This document shows, one piece after another, positions 59,153 to 64,000 of a DNA stretch of 64,000 nucleotides. This stretch comes from Amoebophrya sp. A120. Its lineage: Eukaryota; Protista; Dinoflagellata. The stretch's first letter is position 1, and every line of letters begins with the position of its first letter. Both the position numbers and the translations under genes were made by a program. The notes under the pieces were generated by a model. It saw only the letters and a list, made by a program, of their open reading frames with translations. It was not told the origin of the DNA and did no database searches. The stretch is from contig CAJINV010000004.1 in NCBI GenBank assembly GCA_905178155.1, positions 8,145,239 to 8,209,238 of the forward strand, read 5' to 3'.

Positions 59153-62100
59153 ATGGACCGCCGGCGCAATTCTCCGGTCGTCCTCAAGCGACGCAGATCG
59201 CGTCGCAGAGAAGAAAGACGGGAAGACAGGGATAGCAGACCACGTACTTATTTGTTTTCATAGCAGAACTTTATCCGCAGAATTTGCCATGCACGAAATG
59301 CGTTTTAGTTGGTCTTTGTCATGGGAAAAAGAAAACTACAGGTTGTGTACAGAACGGAAACGCAGCTTCTGTTGCATGGTTTGAAAGATTCTACTAAAAA
59401 AAAACAGGTCGCCGCGACCGGTCCCGGCGCGACCGTTCCCGCCGGCGCGATGACAGGTCTCGCAGAAGGTCCCGGCGACGCCGCGGGAACAACGACAGGC
59501 GCGAGCACGAGCGATCCCGGGAACGCAGCCGCGACCGAAATAATCGGAGCCGAGCCAACAGTAAGGAGAACAGCAGAAGGGACAATAACCAAGACGAAAA
59601 CAACAACAACAGCAACCGGGACCAGCGACTCCAACCCGTCTCTCGTTCGGAAAACAACAACAACAATAACCGAGCACAGAAGAAGAAGACCAAACGCGGC
59701 GGGCAGAAGCACCGGGGAGGGCAACAGATGAAGAACGATTTTGTCGAGGGGCAGGAACTGAAAAAATTCTTCGTCACGAACAACGACTGCGCCCGGATAC
59801 TGGGGCAGAAAGCGAAAATTATGAAGGAGGTGGAGATGGAGTGCGGCGGGGACATCATGGTGCAAAACCGAAAGGACGCGGAAAAAAGCGGGTCCCAATT
59901 TCGATTCATCCAGATTATCGGACTGCCGCACCAAATCGCAAAGGCCGAGGAACTTTTCCTGCCGTGGTGCGACTACTTCGCCCGGGAGGATAACGTATTG
60001 TGACTAGGAAAGAGATTTTCAATACTTTGGTTCCAGAAATGATTTCTCATGCGAAGATTGCTAGTAGATGACTAGATTTGTTTTTGGTGCGCAGCTCACG
60101 GTGCCAAATCTTCTTCTCCATTTCCGAAGTGAATCACGTCAAAAAAAAACACCAATGCAACAGACCGTCCTGAAAGACGTGCGCGGCACGCCAGAAGCAC
60201 AGGCACGACAGAAGGAGGAGCCTGTTCGACCGCAGAAGATTCGGCTTTTCCTTGAAATTAAAAACGAGGAAATAGGCAGGATAGTGGGAAAGAGAGGGAC
60301 GCTCATTCGCGAGATGGAGGTCCTTATTATAGGCTACAGAGTTCTTTTTTGTCCACCTGGATAAAATGTTTTTATAGTTGTAATAGATGAACATTTATTC
60401 CTGTTATGCATAAATTTGGCACGACATCGATCGTCGCCACTATGTAGTTTGTGATGCGAAAATAAAATCTTGCGTCGAACAAACATTCTCGAAATCAACA
60501 GGACGAGACCAACACGAAAATCGAGATTGACAAGGGCGCCAACGTCGTGGAAATCGTCGGTGACAGCGACGGGGATTGCGAACGGGCCCAGAACAGCATT
60601 CTCCACGAGGTCTCGTGGTTATCCTGAGTAAAAACGTCCCCACCCCAGAGTTGTCATGCAAATTTGCATGCCAAAAAAGTTTCTCATGCAAGGTCCCATG
60701 AGAAGCTTTTTCTCCCCGTGTTTTGGGATTTGTGATGCTACAAATAGCATCATATGCTAGATCTGTGTTGCTGCTGAACTAGCTACTCAGGATCACACTA
60801 CGAGGACAAACTTGTCATGCGAAACAGCCAAAGTTGGCCGATTTGTCTAGCAGATTCTCCATCTTGACTCTGGTATGGGGACGCTTTTCCTCAGGATAGT
60901 GGTGCCGAAATCGCGACACCGGGGAAGTTTTGAAGCGCGACTCCTTCCCTGGGCGAGACGGAATGGACCGAGCGTATTGAAATTACAGGTTTTTTGTTCT
61001 TTATGCATCTTCTTCACAGTCTGTTGACTGGTCCTCACAACTTGTCGTGTGTACATTTGCTCGCCCGGGAGGTGGACGACGAGAGGTTGTCACAACATTG
61101 CGCCATTCTATAGTATTCTAGCGATCATAGAATTCTTCTTCTTGTTCGTCCCACCACCAGCAAAACAACCGAAAGAAAAAAAAACAGACCCTACCGTGAC
61201 GAACCCATCGTGATGCTAATTCTGGACAAAGAAGCGGGTCGGGTCATAGGCCGCGGGGGCGAGGTTATTCGGGAAATTATGGACCTATGAAATGCAAAAA
61301 TGTCTGGGTCTGGAAGGATGCAAGGTTTGTCATGCACATTTTGCATGAGCCCTGATGTCTGTGATGCATGCCCTAGCGTCACAGATTTTGTGAGGGCTTT
61401 CTGATGCCTATACCGCATGAGAAATGCCCTCTCGCAATGGAAAAAACTGGACCTCTTTTGCTGTTCATGCAATACAGATTTTTGTAGAATCCAGCTGCAG
61501 CATCACAAGTTCGCATCCGTCCAGACCCAGACATTTTTGCATTTGATAGGACCGCTCCGGAGCCGACGTTCGGGTCGAGAAGTCCGAAGCAATATGCATT
61601 GCAAAAGTATCCGATACTAGTATGAATTGCAATACAAATTTCCTCAGCATGAGAAATGAAATTCGTAATGCGGATTTAACTTGAGAAAAAAATTTGTAAT
61701 GCATGTGCATGAATGGGATCATTATTACGAGTTTCCGATACTTTTGCACAGGATAAACAATTTGTGGCGACAACGACGTGTGCCAGATCCCGCACGAACG
61801 CCGCGTCGAAGTATTTTTGGAAATTTGTAATCCTAACGCGAACTGGAAAGTGAATTTGTAATGCTAGTAGCGCAAGTCAGTAAGTATGCATAAATACGAA
61901 TGCAGTACGTGTCGCCTTAGAATGCATGACAAAGGACCCAAACTGCTCTCCTTCACACTCCAGATCTTCGGCCGGTCGCAGCGCGTCAAGGAGCACGCCC
62001 GGGACCTGATTCTCCACGAAATCGGGTTTGCAAAAGACGAAGCGGGCAACGTCATCAAGGACGATCCAGATTTCGAAGACAAGGAAAGAAAACGAAAGGG

Positions 62101-63035
62101 CCTGACAAAGGGTCTCGGGAAGCGCATGCCGAGCATAGGAGCCTGGGTGTGCGGCTACTGCGCGGGGGATCACCGATCGAAGGTATCTAATACACAAGTA
62201 GAGACTGTCTTCTTGCCGTGAACTAGCAGTTCCATATTACTCTGAGATAGAATCGGACTTGCATATGATCGTGCAGCATGTGTTCTACTGCATTGTGAGT
62301 TTTTATTTGAAATCTGTTGATGCTTATAACCAAAACAACACCAGCACAAAAGAGAAAAAACACCATACACAGGACTGCCCCGCTCATACCCAGAACACGA
62401 CGACCCTGCAGATGCTCCAGCTCCTCGGATTCCACATGCTTCCAAGTCCTATACCCAGCATGCGCACCATCGGCATGTATAATTCAATTTTTCCGTGTCA
62501 ATACTTTCTGAAAATCATGCACAGTGTAGTTCGATGCCCGGTGTAGTAGTTTCACTTGCTGTTGTATTTTTTTGCACATTAATAGAGTTTTCAAAAAACG
62601 CACAGTATTTTACTTTTTCTGCAGAAAAAAAACTAAGTATGATTTCTACCACCAATCGACAAAAAAACCGGTCTTCACAGGCTCGCCCCTCCCGGCACCC
62701 AGCAACCCGTGATTCCCAGCAACATCCCGATGACGGCCATGCCCCACTACATCGCCCCGTTACCGGTCGGGCTCTACCCCCCCGCACCCTCCATGGTGGA
62801 CAACCAGTACCTGAATTTTACCGCCCGCGCCGACAACCTCCCCGACCACGGCGGCGACAACGAGTACGAACTGAATTCCGACTCCGACAGTGATAGCGAC
62901 AGTGAGGACTCCGAGTCGAGCAGCAGCTCCTCCAGCAGTAGCAGCAGTAGCAGTTCCGGCGACGGCGCCGCGAAGCATCCGGCGGCGGACGCGGCAAAAA
63001 AGACGACCGAGGGTGTCGACGAGGACGATTTGTAA
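59153..63035 (+). CDS. RS-rich, three-KH-domain, CCHC zinc-knuckle RNA-binding protein
   Basis: RSRRDRSRRRR N-terminus; ARILGQKAKIMKE, IGRIVGKRGTLIRE and AGRVIGRGGEVIRE (KH GxxG loops); WVCGYCAGDHRSK-DCP; Pro-rich then Ser/Asp-rich tail. Confidence 0.8.
60620..60898. mobile_element. Introner family C
   Basis: Family C TIRs; DR gtggt/gtggt. Confidence 0.95.
61286..61548. mobile_element. Introner family A
   Basis: Family A TIRs; DR ggacc/ggacc. Confidence 0.95.
61593..61755. mobile_element. Introner family I
   Basis: TATGCATTGCAAAAGTATC...GATACTTTTGCACAGGATA; DR agcaa/aacaa. Confidence 0.85.
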
Positions 63036-64000
63036 GGCGATTTTGGGATACCAATGCTGCTGGCAGTCCTGCAAAATCGCTGGGTCTTCAGATGGAGATG
63101 ACGCGATGTGGGGTTCTAGAAGTGCTGGAATTTTTGGTACAACTGTGGGAAAAAACGAGTCCTTTGGGCAGCTGAGGGTTTGCTGATTCGGAAGTGAGGC
63201 AACTGCTGGAGATACAGTTTTTACGGCGATGTAGAGTAGATTCCTGATCATCATTTACCCGGTGGTGGCGAAACTGACACAAATTTTTAATATCGAGCAA
63301 ACTTTACCAGTAGTAGGAACAAAGATTCAGTATATTGTGATGTTTGGCTGAATATGGCACTGCCATACGGATGAGTTGATTGAACTACCGATGCGACAAA
63401 AATTGAGACCTCGAGAATACCGACTTGTTGTAGAAAGAAAAATGAGTAGCGAAAAAGCGAAGACAAGGGAAAACCGAAGGAATACAGTCCTGAATCTAAC
63501 CAGGACGGAGTCGAATTTCTTGAGCGTTCGTGTGGCTTGCGAGCAGCCGATTCAAAAAAATTTCGTATCTCATTGGGTTTTAAAAGGCGCCTGCCAGGAA
63601 ACGCGCTTGCAGCCCTTTATTTGCGCAGGCCCGTCTCCCAGTGTCGCGCCCGCGCGCGCCAGATGCGGGCGGCTGAACTTAGGGGGACAAGGAAGCAGGG
63701 AACGGCGAATGGAGCCGGCCCGGCAGGGTGTCCTCCCTCCAAAGTGCTGCATCAGATGAGCCCAAGCACTGGCACCGGCGCGCGCATTGGCCCAGTCTGC
63801 ACAAACCCCGCGCCGGGTCGCCCCACAATCGGCGGGCCGGCATGATAAGTACTACTCAATCAACCCCTACTCTAGACACTGACTCCATTCAGAGCTCATA
63901 CTTCGCCTCCAAGAAGCGCTCCGCGTTGTAGATGTCTGTCTGACCGGCAAGAAAACTATCTACTTTCTGTTTACGTCGAGCAAAGCGAAGATACGGCCCA

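Noticed and set aside
694-61548. Recurrent ~30-bp repeat read as a CRISPR array
   Set aside because: The copies are inverted pairs about 250 bp apart with TSDs and irregular spacing, in a eukaryotic context with no cas genes.
610-61620. Many ORFs sharing peptides such as MQKCLGLE, FQTQTFLHL, PDPDIF and KNVPTP
   Set aside because: These are translations of element TIRs in different frames, not a protein family.
1-64000. Autonomous transposase or reverse transcriptase
   Set aside because: No DDE, RT or tyrosine-recombinase motifs were recognised in any ORF.

Overview
Eukaryotic genomic DNA, most like the parasitic dinoflagellate Amoebophrya (Syndiniales). This is inferred from the intron architecture and a dinoflagellate spliced-leader-like motif. 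About ten protein genes can be rebuilt, all on the + strand: the 3' part of an OvoA-like gene with tandem methyltransferase domains, a P2X receptor, a MATH-domain protein, a secreted putative sugar O-methyltransferase, a SET-domain methyltransferase, a TAF2-like protein with a bromodomain, an RS/KH/CCHC RNA-binding protein and three unknowns. The genes are interrupted by at least 56 MITE-like elements of 160-360 bp (one is 803 bp because of a nested insert). These fall into six multi-copy families plus singletons. They have terminal inverted repeats (TIRs) reading TAT...ATA and 5-bp flanking direct repeats (DRs). At the junctions checked, removing the element plus one DR restores the reading frame, so they behave as non-canonical introns (introners). 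The most notable observations are (i) an inferred N|TAT...ATA-NNNN| splice register shared with the many GTAT-starting canonical introns, (ii) a palindromic TTGTCATGC/GCATGACAA motif found in all element families and in ordinary introns, (iii) an intronic cluster of box C/D snoRNAs, and (iv) recurrent perfect palindromes with 1-nt loops. No transposase is present in the window. Gene boundaries are manual reconstructions without RNA data.
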